DNA of 64,000 bases from Syntrophales bacterium (lineage in GTDB: Bacteria; Desulfobacterota; Syntrophia; Syntrophales; PHBD01), in assembly GCA_963668175.1 (NCBI GenBank), contig OY764159.1, positions 2,272,001 through 2,336,000 on the forward strand, written 5' to 3'. Positions 38,951 to 49,285 of this stretch are shown one piece after another. A program made the position numbers and the translations under genes. The notes under the pieces are model-generated. The model saw only the letters and a program-made list of their open reading frames with translations. It did no database searches and had not been told where the DNA came from. The first letter of the stretch is position 1. Each line of letters starts with the position of its first letter.

Positions 38951-39096
38951 GGAGAATAAGATGTTAAATTTCCAGTCGATGAATACAATCGAAACAAAGC
39001 ATATGTGCCAAAATTGCTGTATGCTTGGTTACGGGAAGAACTCTTGTCTTCCGTTGGCCGTCATATCGCTTTAAAAACGATTTGGGAACCGTTTGC

Positions 39097-39282
39097 TCAG
39101 CAGTCCGCCATCGCTACGCCGAGGCCGCCGGTGCCCATCTTGCGGAACTGGGGCGGCAGGGCCTTTCCCGTGTCCGGCATGGCCTTGACGACGCGGTCCG
39201 GGTCTTCCCCGTGCCGGGATGTAATCTCGTTCGCGGCGATGAGGCAGGCGTTGCAGGCCTTGACGGCGCCGAAGGCGTTCCG
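39097..39282 (-). pseudogene. C-terminal fragment of L-serine dehydratase (SdaA-type)
   Basis: RNAFGAVKA.NA..IA...D.VVKAM..TGK.L...FR....GGLGV...C resembles the SdaA C-terminus; the rest of the gene is absent. Confidence 0.65.
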
Positions 39283-39373
39283 TCCGGGGCCGTTCGCTTT
39301 GCCGCCCTCATCCGGACAGAATCGACCATGGCGCGAAAGCGGGTATAAGCTTGCCGCGCAAACCCGTCGCGGT

Positions 39374-42166
39374 CTATTTTCCGTCCAGCTCGTTCCTGAT
39401 GGCGAGGCCGATGCGCTCCTTGACGTAAGGCTTCCTGACAAAGGCGCCCACCCCTAAGGACTGGGCCATCTTCACGCGGTCCGTCTCGGCGAATCCGCTG
39501 ACAATGACGGCCTTCTGGCGGGGATGGATTTCCGTTATCCGCCGGTACGTTTCGAATCCGTCGATGCCCGGGTCCATGATCATATCCAGGACAACCAGGT
39601 CCGCCCTGCTGTTCCTGAGAAAGGCCACGGCCGCCTCGCCGCTCGCGGCCGTGTCGACGATGTAATTGAGGCTTTCCAGGATGCGGGCGGCCAGGTCCCT
39701 CTGGTCCTTGACGTCGTCCACGACGAGGATGCGTTCCCCGCGGCCGCGGTACAAATCCGACGGGACGATGTCGTCTTGTCCCGCCGCCTCCTCGCGCGTT
39801 ACGGGAAAATAGAGGCTGAATGTCGTCCCCCGGCCCCTTTTGCTCTGAACGTCGATATGTCCGCCGTGGTCTTTCACCGTGCCCCATACGACGGACAACC
39901 CGAGGCCCGTGCCGCTCCTTCCCATGACCTTCTTGGTATAGAACGGCTCGAATATCCGCTTCATGTCTTTATCGGATATCCCTTCCCCCTCGTCGGAGAC
40001 GGCCAGGACGACATAGTCTCCTTCCCCCATGTCGTCGTAGCCGGCCACGGGTCTGTCCAGATAGCGATTCTCCGTGCGGATGACAATGTCCCCTCCCGAC
40101 GACATGGCTTCCGCCGCATTGGACACAAGGTTCATGAGCGTCTTCGAGATATGGACCCGGGAACCCCTGATCATCAGCAGGTCGTCGTCGAGCCGGGTCT
40201 CCACCCTGATATGGGGATGGAGGGCCGCCAGCCTTAAATGCTCGGGAGATTTGAGATATTCCGTGACCGTCTTGTTGAGATTGACGACGGTCTTGGTCTG
40301 TACGCCTCGGCGCGCAAGCGTCAGGAGATCCTGGACGATCGCCGCGGCCCGCTCGCCGCCGGACATGATGTTCCGGGCGTCCCCTTTGCGCGGGTCCGAT
40401 TCGTCGAGGTTGTCGTGGAGGAGCTCGGCATAGCCGACCAGGATGCCGAGTTCGTTGTTGAGGTCGTGGGCGACGCCGCCGGCCAGGAGCCCCAGCGCTT
40501 CCATCTTTTCCGAGCGCTGCAGCCTCATTTCCATTTCGCGGCTCTCCTGCTCCATCCTCTTGCGGTCCGTGATGTCTTCTATCGTCGCCATGGTGCGCGT
40601 GGCTCGCCCCCGGTCGTCTCGGATGACCGCCATGTTGACATTGATCCAGACGGTCCTGCCGTCCTTGCGGATATAGCGTTTCTCCAGCCTGTAATCGGGC
40701 AATTCGCCCCGTACGACTTTCTGGAACAGGTCCCAATCCCGGTCGCGGTCCTCGGGGTGGGTAATCTCCTGGATACGCATGGTAAGAAGCTCGTCCGGCG
40801 AGTATCCCGTGATGTCGCACATCTTCTGGTTCACCCGCAGCCATTGTCCGGTCGCCACATCGGCCTGGGCCATGCCTATGGAGGCGACCTCGAACATGAC
40901 GCTGAACTGCGCTTCGCGGTCCCTGAGGGCGGCTTCCGTCCGCCTGCGGTCGGTGATGTCGCGCACGTGTTCGGCGACCATGACGACCTCTCCCCGGTCG
41001 TCGAAGATCGGATAGGAGCTCACTTCCACAAGGCGCTTCGTAACGGGATTGTAGTTTTCCGCAAGAAGGGGCTTGCCGCTGTTGAAAACGTTCATGGCAA
41101 AACACGGTTCGCAGATCTGCCCGCGTTTCAGAAAGGCCTCGTAGCAGTGCGAGCCCAGGGGATATTCCTTTTTCCCGGCATAAAGCGGGGATTTCCAGTT
41201 GGATATGAGAATCCTGAGGTCCCTGTCGACCACGACCATGAGGTCCTGGGACGAGTTGAAGACGCTTTCCAGCAATGCCTTGGATCTTCTCATCTCCTCC
41301 TCTGCGCGCTTGCGTTCGGTGGTTTCAAAGAGCGAGAGCACGAGGCCGCCGACCTTGCCGTCGGCGTCCTTTACCGGCGCGAGCATCCAGTCCCAATGAG
41401 CCGTTCGCCGTTCGGCCCGGCCGGAAAAGGTGAAGGGATAGTCGCGAATCTCGAAGGGTTCCCCCGTATCCCTGACCCTGGTGAAGATGGCTTCGCTCTC
41501 CGCGTGAGGATAAAGAACGAATTGGTTCCTGCCGATCAAATCGTCTGGCCTTAAGCCGCACGCGGCGGCGAAGGCCTCGTTGACCCGGATGTAGTTGAAG
41601 TCGCGGTCGAGATAGGCAAGGAGAGACCGTCTCGCCCCGTCCATGACGGCCTGCAATACGTCGCGCTCTTCTTGAAGCCTCTCTTCCAGACGCTTGCTTT
41701 CCGTAACATCGATGCCGCCCCCCGCGACATACTTTCTGCCCTGCGTGTCCTTGCACAGAAACTTGAATTTCCGCCAGTAGGTGGTATTGCCGTTCGCATC
41801 GGGCGCGGTTTCCGTCGTCTCGACGGTTCGTCCCGTCTCCAGCACGATGCGGTCGTTCTGCCGGTATCCTTCGGCAATCTCGCGCGGCCATATGTCGAAA
41901 TCGGTTTTGCCCAGCCAGCTGTCCGTTTTTACGCCGAACCGCCTTTCGTAGGATTTATTGATATAGACGTATCTCCCTTCATCGTCCTTCATCCAGGCGA
42001 CGTTGGGGGTGTTGTCCATGAATGCGTTGAACCGGTCTTCGATATCGTGCAAGGGCCTTTCCACGGGCTTGCTTTCCGATGCGGCTTTTTCGAGTTGAGC
42101 GATTTTCTGTTTCAACCGGTCGATCTCTTCGATGAGTTGCCGATTTGCTTTGGACGGGACGCGCAT
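39374..42166 (-). CDS. multi-PAS hybrid sensor histidine kinase / response regulator
   Basis: About four PAS domains, AHDLNN H-box, NLVSNA, GTGLGL, REC domain ILVVDD...VLDMIM...KP. Confidence 0.95.
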   Translation of the reverse strand: MRVPSKANRQLIEEIDRLKQKIAQLEKAASESKPVERPLHDIEDRFNAFMDNTPNVAWMKDDEGRYVYINKSYERRFGVKTDSWLGKTDFDIWPREIAEGYRQNDRIVLETGRTVETTETAPDANGNTTYWRKFKFLCKDTQGRKYVAGGGIDVTESKRLEERLQEERDVLQAVMDGARRSLLAYLDRDFNYIRVNEAFAAACGLRPDDLIGRNQFVLYPHAESEAIFTRVRDTGEPFEIRDYPFTFSGRAERRTAHWDWMLAPVKDADGKVGGLVLSLFETTERKRAEEEMRRSKALLESVFNSSQDLMVVVDRDLRILISNWKSPLYAGKKEYPLGSHCYEAFLKRGQICEPCFAMNVFNSGKPLLAENYNPVTKRLVEVSSYPIFDDRGEVVMVAEHVRDITDRRRTEAALRDREAQFSVMFEVASIGMAQADVATGQWLRVNQKMCDITGYSPDELLTMRIQEITHPEDRDRDWDLFQKVVRGELPDYRLEKRYIRKDGRTVWINVNMAVIRDDRGRATRTMATIEDITDRKRMEQESREMEMRLQRSEKMEALGLLAGGVAHDLNNELGILVGYAELLHDNLDESDPRKGDARNIMSGGERAAAIVQDLLTLARRGVQTKTVVNLNKTVTEYLKSPEHLRLAALHPHIRVETRLDDDLLMIRGSRVHISKTLMNLVSNAAEAMSSGGDIVIRTENRYLDRPVAGYDDMGEGDYVVLAVSDEGEGISDKDMKRIFEPFYTKKVMGRSGTGLGLSVVWGTVKDHGGHIDVQSKRGRGTTFSLYFPVTREEAAGQDDIVPSDLYRGRGERILVVDDVKDQRDLAARILESLNYIVDTAASGEAAVAFLRNSRADLVVLDMIMDPGIDGFETYRRITEIHPRQKAVIVSGFAETDRVKMAQSLGVGAFVRKPYVKERIGLAIRNELDGK

Positions 42167-42439
42167 CGGGTGCTCCTCCTTGTGCGGTGACACCGGTAAG
42201 CGGGAGACAACAACGGGCGAAAATTATTGACAGTTTGAGAAGGCCGTATGGTACAGGATGCCTCGCGGGTTGTCAAACCGAATCTCAAAACGGGCGGCCA
42301 TCCGGATGAGTCCCTGACTGTCTTTTCAGGAGCGATCATGTAAAAATGGCCTATACATCCGAAACGTGTTCATGATAATCCCTATAGTGAAAAAAAAGGG
42401 GGCGCTCTTATAAGAGGTCTTCATTGGAGAGCGGACGGC

Positions 42440-43300
42440 ATGGCGGAAAAAACGGAAAGGATGATTCGCTTCGAGGACGTCGCGGAGCTGCCGCAGGTGA
42501 GGCTCGTCCGGGGCAGGGGTATCTGCAATACCTTTCCCAGGCACGCCCATCGGTCTTTCAGCATCGGCATCATTGAAAGGGGCAGGAGGTCCGTCTCCGG
42601 TCGGGATGGAACCGTTCTCGGACGGGAAGGGGACGTCTTTGTCATCGGGCCGGGGGAGCCTCACCGGTGCATCGCGGACGATCACGACTACCGTATCGTG
42701 TGCATCGGGCCGGATTACCTCCGCCGTCTGCTTCACGGTGTCGATGGCGGTTCGGTGGCCGTTCCCCGCTTTGCGCCCCTCGCGGTTACCGATGCGACGC
42801 TGTATGCATGGGTGGAATCCTTCGCCGATATGGCCGGGCGGACCGGCTGCGCCCGAGGGAAGGAAGCGGCCCTGTCGGCAATCCTTGCGCGGCTGTTATC
42901 GGTCCACGCCCGCACCCTGCCGGAACCGGCGCCTTGCCGGGCAGGACGGGCGGCCGTCCGGCGCACCCGGGCTTATGTCGCCGAGCGATACCGGGACAGC
43001 ATCAAGCTCGGCGATCTGGCGGAAGTCGCCAGGCTCAGCCCTTTTCACTTCAGCCGGATATTCAGCCATGAAGTCGGCGTGCCGCCCCATGCCTTTCAAA
43101 TCCAGTTAAGGATCGACAAGGCCCGCCTGCAAATGCTCGAAGGGGTTCCGATCGCGAGGGCCGCCCTGGACGCGGGCTTTGCGGATCAAAGCCACTTTAC
43201 CCGCTTCTTCAGGAAAATCGTCGGGGTGACCCCCGGCGACTATCTGTGCGGCAACCGTCCCGCCGGGCCGACACGGAAAGGCCCGTCCCGCCGTTCATAA
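42440..43300 (+). CDS. AraC family transcriptional regulator
   Basis: FPRHAH cupin N-domain; LSPFHFSRIF...GFADQSHFTRFFRKIVGVTPG. Confidence 0.93.
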   Translation: MAEKTERMIRFEDVAELPQVRLVRGRGICNTFPRHAHRSFSIGIIERGRRSVSGRDGTVLGREGDVFVIGPGEPHRCIADDHDYRIVCIGPDYLRRLLHGVDGGSVAVPRFAPLAVTDATLYAWVESFADMAGRTGCARGKEAALSAILARLLSVHARTLPEPAPCRAGRAAVRRTRAYVAERYRDSIKLGDLAEVARLSPFHFSRIFSHEVGVPPHAFQIQLRIDKARLQMLEGVPIARAALDAGFADQSHFTRFFRKIVGVTPGDYLCGNRPAGPTRKGPSRRS

Positions 43301-43690
43301 GAGGGCGGGAGAAAAGGCGGCGAAAAGGAGCAGGTCTTCCTCAACGGCCTGCACCAGGTGTTCCGTATCTCCGGGAATGACGGCAACCGCCCCCGGCTTG
43401 TATGCATATTCCCGTCCGGCGACGAGGCAGCGGCCCCGGCCGCCGAGGACCTCGTGAATCTCCTCCTTCCCTTCGTGGACGTGCTTCCCGATTTCATGCC
43501 CGGCCTTAACCCTGACGAGATGGCAGCTTATCCGCCCCTGCGTATCTTCTCCCTTGACGAGATGCTTCAGATACACCCCGGCGAAGGCGGGATGGGGATT
43601 CCAGGCGGCCTCCCCGATGGGGCTGATCCTTGCCCCGCATGCGACCGATCCTCCTTCGAAAATCTCTGCAATCGTCCGATGATTCATCAT
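43295..43690 (-). CDS. cupin domain protein
   Basis: H.H....E.H...G.G and IP...EH cupin motifs. Confidence 0.85.
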   Translation of the reverse strand: MMNHRTIAEIFEGGSVACGARISPIGEAAWNPHPAFAGVYLKHLVKGEDTQGRISCHLVRVKAGHEIGKHVHEGKEEIHEVLGGRGRCLVAGREYAYKPGAVAVIPGDTEHLVQAVEEDLLLFAAFSPALL

Positions 43691-43798
43691 GCGCCTCCCA
43701 TGTTTCCGTAAGATGTTGACGGGATGTATAGCGCAGGAAACGGGCGGCGTATTGAACGATCTTGCTGCCGTGAAAGGGGGGGGGATGTTTCCTGAGGC

Positions 43799-44098
43799 TT
43801 ATGTCGCGGAACCCGGCTTCCGTTTCCCCGGTTTCCGGCGATGGTTCGCCAGGTTGATGCAGAAACCGTAAAAGGCCGTTACCCCGAAGAACGACAGCAC
43901 GTAGACCCACCACGGGACCGGCGCCGGCAGCCAGAACAGTCCCAGGAAGATCATCATCGCACCCCCCACCGCCGAGGGCAGGGTCGGCACGATGGCGATG
44001 GGGCCGCTTTCGCGGGACTGGCGGTACTCGGTGACCAGGCCGTGGAGAAAGACGGCGACGGATGCCATGAAGCACAGAACGGATATGACGATACGCAT
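43799..44098 (-). CDS. small three-TM hypothetical protein
   Basis: Three hydrophobic segments and a basic tail. Confidence 0.55.
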   Translation of the reverse strand: MRIVISVLCFMASVAVFLHGLVTEYRQSRESGPIAIVPTLPSAVGGAMMIFLGLFWLPAPVPWWVYVLSFFGVTAFYGFCINLANHRRKPGKRKPGSAT

Positions 44099-44187
44099 GG
44101 GAGGTGCCTCGTTGCGATGCTGCGGCAAGTCCGCAGCCGCGATTTAAGGGCAAACGCGGCTTCGCGCGTAAACGCAGGCGACCCGGG

Positions 44188-45018
44188 TTATTTCAGCGGC
44201 GTCAGCTGGTAGCTTTCGATGAGGTTGGCGCCTTCCCTGCATTCGACCTGCTCCAGATCGGGGACCAGGCTGCCCGCAAATGCCACCTTCAGCTTGACGT
44301 AGTAGACGTAGCCCGGCTTGACCCTGACCGTCGCTTCCGACTTGCGCGCATACCAGGATGTTTCCGGCGCCCCGGTCTGGACGTTGCGGTCGAAGAGTTC
44401 GCCGGTCGAGAAGGTGACTTCCCCCGCAGAGACCCTGTAAGGGAAGTACTTCGTCGGCATAATGGCGATGCGCTTGCCGTTCGCCATGATCTCCACGTCC
44501 GCCCGGCTCGATACGGCCCACGGCTCCCGGAAGATATAGACCAGTCCCACGTCCGGGGGCAGGTCCGCCTCCAGGGGGTTGCCGGGATCGATTTTGCGCT
44601 CCATGCGCGCATGGCGGTCGGCTAGCTGCTTTTCGTACTCCGCGGAGGAACCCACGGAAAAGGCAAAGCGCGCCGCCACTACGTACCCCTTGGCGGCATA
44701 GTTATAGTAGGCCCTTGCCTCGTATGCCCCCGGCGAGGCGGGGGCGTCGAAGGACAGGACGCCCTGGGTCTGCCCCTTGGGCATGTACTTGTAGTCACCG
44801 CCCTCCGTATCCGGGGAGCCCGCCGGGACGATGCATATCCAGTCGCTGTCGAAACCCGGCGCATCGGCGAAGCGGACGCTGACCGGTTCGCCGAAGTTGT
44901 AATTCTGCTTGTCCGTGTCGATTTGCGGCGCGGCGAACGCGGCCGGGCACAGGGCAACGGCAACGAGGCAAGCGGAGACGGACATAATGAACGCGATCTT
45001 CAGACTGCTCGGTTTCAT
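44188..45018 (-). CDS. exported two-domain hypothetical protein (Ig-like plus DUF2846-like)
   Basis: Signal peptide ending AFA; TDK..Y..GE.V.V, DWI, PG.YEAR; GLVYIFRE...V.PG.VYYV. Confidence 0.7.
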   Translation of the reverse strand: MKPSSLKIAFIMSVSACLVAVALCPAAFAAPQIDTDKQNYNFGEPVSVRFADAPGFDSDWICIVPAGSPDTEGGDYKYMPKGQTQGVLSFDAPASPGAYEARAYYNYAAKGYVVAARFAFSVGSSAEYEKQLADRHARMERKIDPGNPLEADLPPDVGLVYIFREPWAVSSRADVEIMANGKRIAIMPTKYFPYRVSAGEVTFSTGELFDRNVQTGAPETSWYARKSEATVRVKPGYVYYVKLKVAFAGSLVPDLEQVECREGANLIESYQLTPLK

Positions 45019-45080
45019 GGCTCTCCTCCTTCCTTCGAAAGACGGTTAGGGATACGGGTGTCCTTTCTTTCGGCACAGGG

Positions 45081-46256
45081 TCATTCCGACGGCGACTTCT
45101 TCTGCTTGAAAACGCCGATCTGCTGGCCCTGCGGAATCGTGACGGACGAGACGCCCTGCTCGATCAGCGTGATGACCAGCGACCCGCCGTAGGCGAAGTG
45201 GCCGAGCTTCTCGCCCTTCGCGACGGGCACGGGGTTCGCCGCAGTCGCCTTCTTCCATTTCTCCTCGAAGACCACGGAGCCGATGGTGTCCAGGCCCACC
45301 GGGACCATCGCCACGTAGCCGTAGCCGTTCGTCCTGATCACGAAATAGCCGCGGCGGAAATGCTCGAAGACGCTGTAGCTCTGGCCGTAGCCGATGTTGC
45401 CGCGCCGGAGGAATGCGGGAAAATCCGCGATGCCCCAGTAGGAGCCGGCCACGTCCTCGCGGGACTCGACGACGGCGCCCGTGACGACGGCGTGGTAGTG
45501 GTGGTACGTATCGGGCAGAAGGATGCAGGAGACGGCCGTCCCGTTCTCGAAGTATTTGGCATAGGCCGAGCCCGCCAGCAGTTCCCTGACGTTCAGCTTC
45601 TGGTGGAGTTTCGTCGGGATCTTCGTTTCGGCCGTCAGCGGGTCGATCATGTTGAGGACGCAGTCCGTCGGAGCGACCAGCACGGAATCGTCCGCCGGGC
45701 TCGCAACCGTCCTTGCGCCGGGCTTGAGGTCGCGGATGAAGAATTCGTTGAACGACTTGAACCCCTGCGGCGGGACGACGTACTGTTCCGTCGCCATGGA
45801 GGGGTCGTCGAGCCACTGCTTGATGGTTGCGGTCGACTCGGCGCTGTCCATGAATTTTCCCCGCGCCGCCACGAAGTCCCGGGTCCAGCCCAGGCCCGGC
45901 TCCTTGCCCACGATCCGCTGGCCGTAGGCGTTTTTGTAATAGAACCAGGAGAATTCCTTGATGTATGTAAATTCGTCGTACTTCGGGCTTCCGTTGATCG
46001 GGACGAGGTAAAACCAGTCGTTGAAGAACCGGCAGAGGTCGTTGAAATTCCTGCCGCGCCAGGGATTCTCCCTGCCCTTCATCGCAGCGAAAGCCTTGTC
46101 CATCGAGGAGTGAAACGCCTTGTCGGTGTCGTACAGCGCCCGCAATTGCTTGACGGGCGGTGCTTCCTCATTGCTTCCGCCCGCCGGGACGGCAGGGGCG
46201 GCCAGAAGAACGCACACGAAGACGCAGATAAAAAGATTTCGCAGCACGGATATCAT
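45081..46256 (-). CDS. phosphatidylserine decarboxylase family proenzyme with signal peptide
   Basis: FKSFNEFFIRDLKPGAR, VAPTD, PDTYHHYH, KGEKLGHFAYGGS. Confidence 0.85.
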   Translation of the reverse strand: MISVLRNLFICVFVCVLLAAPAVPAGGSNEEAPPVKQLRALYDTDKAFHSSMDKAFAAMKGRENPWRGRNFNDLCRFFNDWFYLVPINGSPKYDEFTYIKEFSWFYYKNAYGQRIVGKEPGLGWTRDFVAARGKFMDSAESTATIKQWLDDPSMATEQYVVPPQGFKSFNEFFIRDLKPGARTVASPADDSVLVAPTDCVLNMIDPLTAETKIPTKLHQKLNVRELLAGSAYAKYFENGTAVSCILLPDTYHHYHAVVTGAVVESREDVAGSYWGIADFPAFLRRGNIGYGQSYSVFEHFRRGYFVIRTNGYGYVAMVPVGLDTIGSVVFEEKWKKATAANPVPVAKGEKLGHFAYGGSLVITLIEQGVSSVTIPQGQQIGVFKQKKSPSE

Positions 46257-46332
46257 GGGTCTTTCCTCCAAAATCGTGTTGTGTATCGGGCCGTCCGGGG
46301 GCTTGTTCCATGTACGAGCGAACGGGCGGCGT

Positions 46333-46959
46333 CTATTTCTGCTCCATGAAGGCGAGCCGCAGGCCCAAAAGGACGAGGATGCCTCCCGTGAACAGGCGGA
46401 TCTTGTCGGCGATGCGGCGCCTGCGGGAGAGCCACGAGCCGATGCCGCCCGAAAAATAGCCGAGGGCGACGAGAAAAACGGCGCCGAAAAAGGCGAAAGT
46501 GAGCCCCAGACCGACCATCTGGGCGGAGGCGTTTCCGTATCGCGGGTTCACGAATTGCGGCAGGAACGCAAGAAAGAAGAGGGCCACCTTGGGGTTGAGC
46601 ACGTTGGACAGAATACCCTGGATGAAAACGGTCCTTGTTCCGTCTGCCGGTTTATCGCTGTCGAGGGCGAACTCGGTTCTGTTCATAAAGGCCTTGACGC
46701 CGAGATAGACAAGGTAGGCGGCACCGGCGAATTTCACGGCGAGGAAGGCGAGCGCCGACGTTCGCAGGATGACGGCGAGGCCCAGGGAGGCAAAAACGGT
46801 GTGGACCAGGATTCCCACGGTCACTCCGACGGCCGACACCACGCCGGCCTTACGGCCCTGCGATATCCCCCGCGTGACCACGTAGACGATGTCGGGACCC
46901 GGCGTGACGATGAGCATCCACGAGGCCGCAAAGAAGAGGGCAATGTCCTGCCATTCCAT
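46333..46959 (-). CDS. LysE/RhtB family translocator
   Basis: TPGPD, GAAYLVYLG, NVLNPKVALFFLAFLPQFV. Confidence 0.93.
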   Translation of the reverse strand: MEWQDIALFFAASWMLIVTPGPDIVYVVTRGISQGRKAGVVSAVGVTVGILVHTVFASLGLAVILRTSALAFLAVKFAGAAYLVYLGVKAFMNRTEFALDSDKPADGTRTVFIQGILSNVLNPKVALFFLAFLPQFVNPRYGNASAQMVGLGLTFAFFGAVFLVALGYFSGGIGSWLSRRRRIADKIRLFTGGILVLLGLRLAFMEQK

Positions 46960-47014
46960 GTTGACGCCTCCTTAAGCCGGATAATTCTTAATCCGGGAGC
47001 AAGTCCGCGGTTTC

Positions 47015-47419
47015 TTACCGGGGGCTTTCCGTGTCCTGCGCTGTCTGTTTCTTGCCGACGCCGATCCAGCGGCCGTCGACGTCTTCAAAGACGAATTCGC
47101 TGTTCGCGTAATCCGTCGTCGTCAGTTCCCTGACGACCTTTACGCCTTTCCGTTTTAGTTCGTCCAGAATGCCCTTCTGATCGTCCGTGATGAAATAGGC
47201 GTCGTAGCCGTAGCCGTGGACCGACCGGTTGGGCTCGATCCTGCCGTTCTGCGACCGGGTGACGACGATCTCGATGCCGTCCCGGTACAGGCAGACGTGA
47301 GGCTCTTCCGAGCGGAGGTACCTGACCGACCTGAAGCCGATGGACTCGTAGAAGGCCGTCGTTCTGGCGATGTCGCCCGACGGGAATATCTGAAGGCAGG
47401 CTGTGAATCCTCCGGCCAT
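47015..47419 (-). CDS. VOC/glyoxalase family protein
   Basis: DI.RT.AFYE.IGF and EFVFEDVDG. Confidence 0.8.
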   Translation of the reverse strand: MAGGFTACLQIFPSGDIARTTAFYESIGFRSVRYLRSEEPHVCLYRDGIEIVVTRSQNGRIEPNRSVHGYGYDAYFITDDQKGILDELKRKGVKVVRELTTTDYANSEFVFEDVDGRWIGVGKKQTAQDTESPR

Positions 47420-47491
47420 TTCGCTTCCCCCTGCGATCTGCATATGTTTTGCGATCTGTATCTAACACATCCACCGGACGCGGCGCAAGGG

Positions 47492-48109
47492 TCACGCCTT
47501 TCTGCCTACGACGACCGCGGCGAGCGGATTTAAGACATATGTCCGGAACGAAAGCCCCGCCCCGGCGAACATGGCTTCGATCTCCGGCAGCCTTGACGGC
47601 GTATCGCAGCCCGGCCCGTAGCCGACGATGTCGAACAGCGCCTTATGGTTGTCCGGATCGTCGCTGAACATCAGGTCGCCGAGGACAAAGATGCCGCCCG
47701 CGGGCAGGATCGACGCGAGGTTTCCGATGCAGCGGCGTTTCGCTTCGCCGGGCAGGTGGTGCAGGGCGTAGTTGGAGAAGATCTTGTTGACGCCGTCATG
47801 GGCGATCTCCTGCGGAAGGGCCTCGGCGGCGCCGACGTAAAACCTCAGGTTGGGACAGCCGGTGGTCGCCTGCACGGCCTGGGCGATCATCCGCTCCGCC
47901 GGGTCAAGGCCGATCCCCGATTTGATCAGCGGCGAAAGACGGATGAGCTGGGCGCCTGGGCCGCAGCCGATGTCCAGGACCGTGTCCCCGACCTGCGGCT
48001 CCAGAAGCTCGATGACCTTCTCCATGCACCGGGCCCGGCCGGGGTAGCGGTCCGTCGCGTATTGCCCGGCCGCCGTGTTGAATCGCGCGATATGTTCGTT
48101 CATGACCAT
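47492..48109 (-). CDS. class I SAM-dependent methyltransferase
   Basis: VLDIGCGPG, SNYALHH. Confidence 0.88.
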   Translation of the reverse strand: MVMNEHIARFNTAAGQYATDRYPGRARCMEKVIELLEPQVGDTVLDIGCGPGAQLIRLSPLIKSGIGLDPAERMIAQAVQATTGCPNLRFYVGAAEALPQEIAHDGVNKIFSNYALHHLPGEAKRRCIGNLASILPAGGIFVLGDLMFSDDPDNHKALFDIVGYGPGCDTPSRLPEIEAMFAGAGLSFRTYVLNPLAAVVVGRKA

Positions 48110-48222
48110 GCCGTATTTCCCTTTGCGGATAAGGGGCCGCGATGACGATCGGCTGCGACAGGCAGCAGAACGAAAGGTATGATGCCGCGTGCCGGTTGCC
48201 GACCTCTTTCCCGTCGGCCGGG

Positions 48223-49179
48223 TCAATTCGCCCGGTTATTTCCCTTTCCCGATTTTTCCAATAGCATACGAATCGCCTTGTCCAGTGCGGGATTGAAATC
48301 TTCCGGCCGATCCATCATGAGGAAGTGGTCCGCGTTCGTAAGGACAATGGCATCGAGAGAAAACATGTGGCGCCGGTTCGCTTCATAGTCGATGGGCCTC
48401 ATATCCCCGTTCACGAGGACGACGGGGATGCGGACCTGCTCGAAAATCTTTGCCGCATCGCCTGTAACATACTGCGTCATCATTTCATGAAACGCACTCA
48501 CGGCGACGGCGGGCGGCGCGGCCGACATATCCGAGAGAATCCAGTCGCGGAGCTGCCGGTCCGTCTTGGGAGATATGATCTTTTCGACAAACTGCCGGCT
48601 CCCGGCTGCAAAGTCCTTTTCCAGGGGGGCGATCAGTCTTTTAAGCTCTCCCGGAGTCAGCCGGTACTCTATGTTACGAAGCGTGTCCACGCCGATCAGG
48701 CCGATGACGCGGTCGGGCATGAGCCGCGCCGCTTCCGCGATCACCGATCCTCCCATGGAATGTCCGATGAGAATGACGTTGCGGCTGCCCGTCGCTTCCG
48801 CAACCGACCGCACGTCCTCGCCGAAAGCGGCCATGGTGTATTTTGTTCGGTTCATGCCGGAATGGCCGTGGCCCGCAAGATCGATAACCACGACGCGATG
48901 CTGCTTCGAAAATACGGGGACCTGCTCGCGCCAGTAGCGGGCGTCGCAACTCCAGCCGTGCACAAAGACAAGAGTCGGTTCTCCTCTGCCGTAAGTTTCG
49001 TACGAGATCGGCGTTCCATCCTTGGAGAGCACGATATGGGGCCATTCCGCCCGGGCCTCTGTTCCCCCGAAGACAAGAATCAGTACGGCGAAACAAACGG
49101 CCAGGCTCAGAAAAGATTGCTTGAACGATCCGCAACGGCGCATGCCGTTTCTCATAAGGCTTTCTGCATGATGATTCAT
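48223..49179 (-). CDS. exported alpha/beta hydrolase
   Basis: VFVHGW, DLAGHG.S, GHSMGG, HFLM; start codon uncertain. Confidence 0.9.
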   Translation of the reverse strand: MNHHAESLMRNGMRRCGSFKQSFLSLAVCFAVLILVFGGTEARAEWPHIVLSKDGTPISYETYGRGEPTLVFVHGWSCDARYWREQVPVFSKQHRVVVIDLAGHGHSGMNRTKYTMAAFGEDVRSVAEATGSRNVILIGHSMGGSVIAEAARLMPDRVIGLIGVDTLRNIEYRLTPGELKRLIAPLEKDFAAGSRQFVEKIISPKTDRQLRDWILSDMSAAPPAVAVSAFHEMMTQYVTGDAAKIFEQVRIPVVLVNGDMRPIDYEANRRHMFSLDAIVLTNADHFLMMDRPEDFNPALDKAIRMLLEKSGKGNNRAN

Positions 49180-49285
49180 AAACCTATCCCTCTTTCGGAC
49201 GAACGAAGATTGTTGTAATGCGTCTTAGCAGATCATTGTGTATCCGGATACGGTAAACAGCTGTTACAGGAGCCCCCGTCCATGC

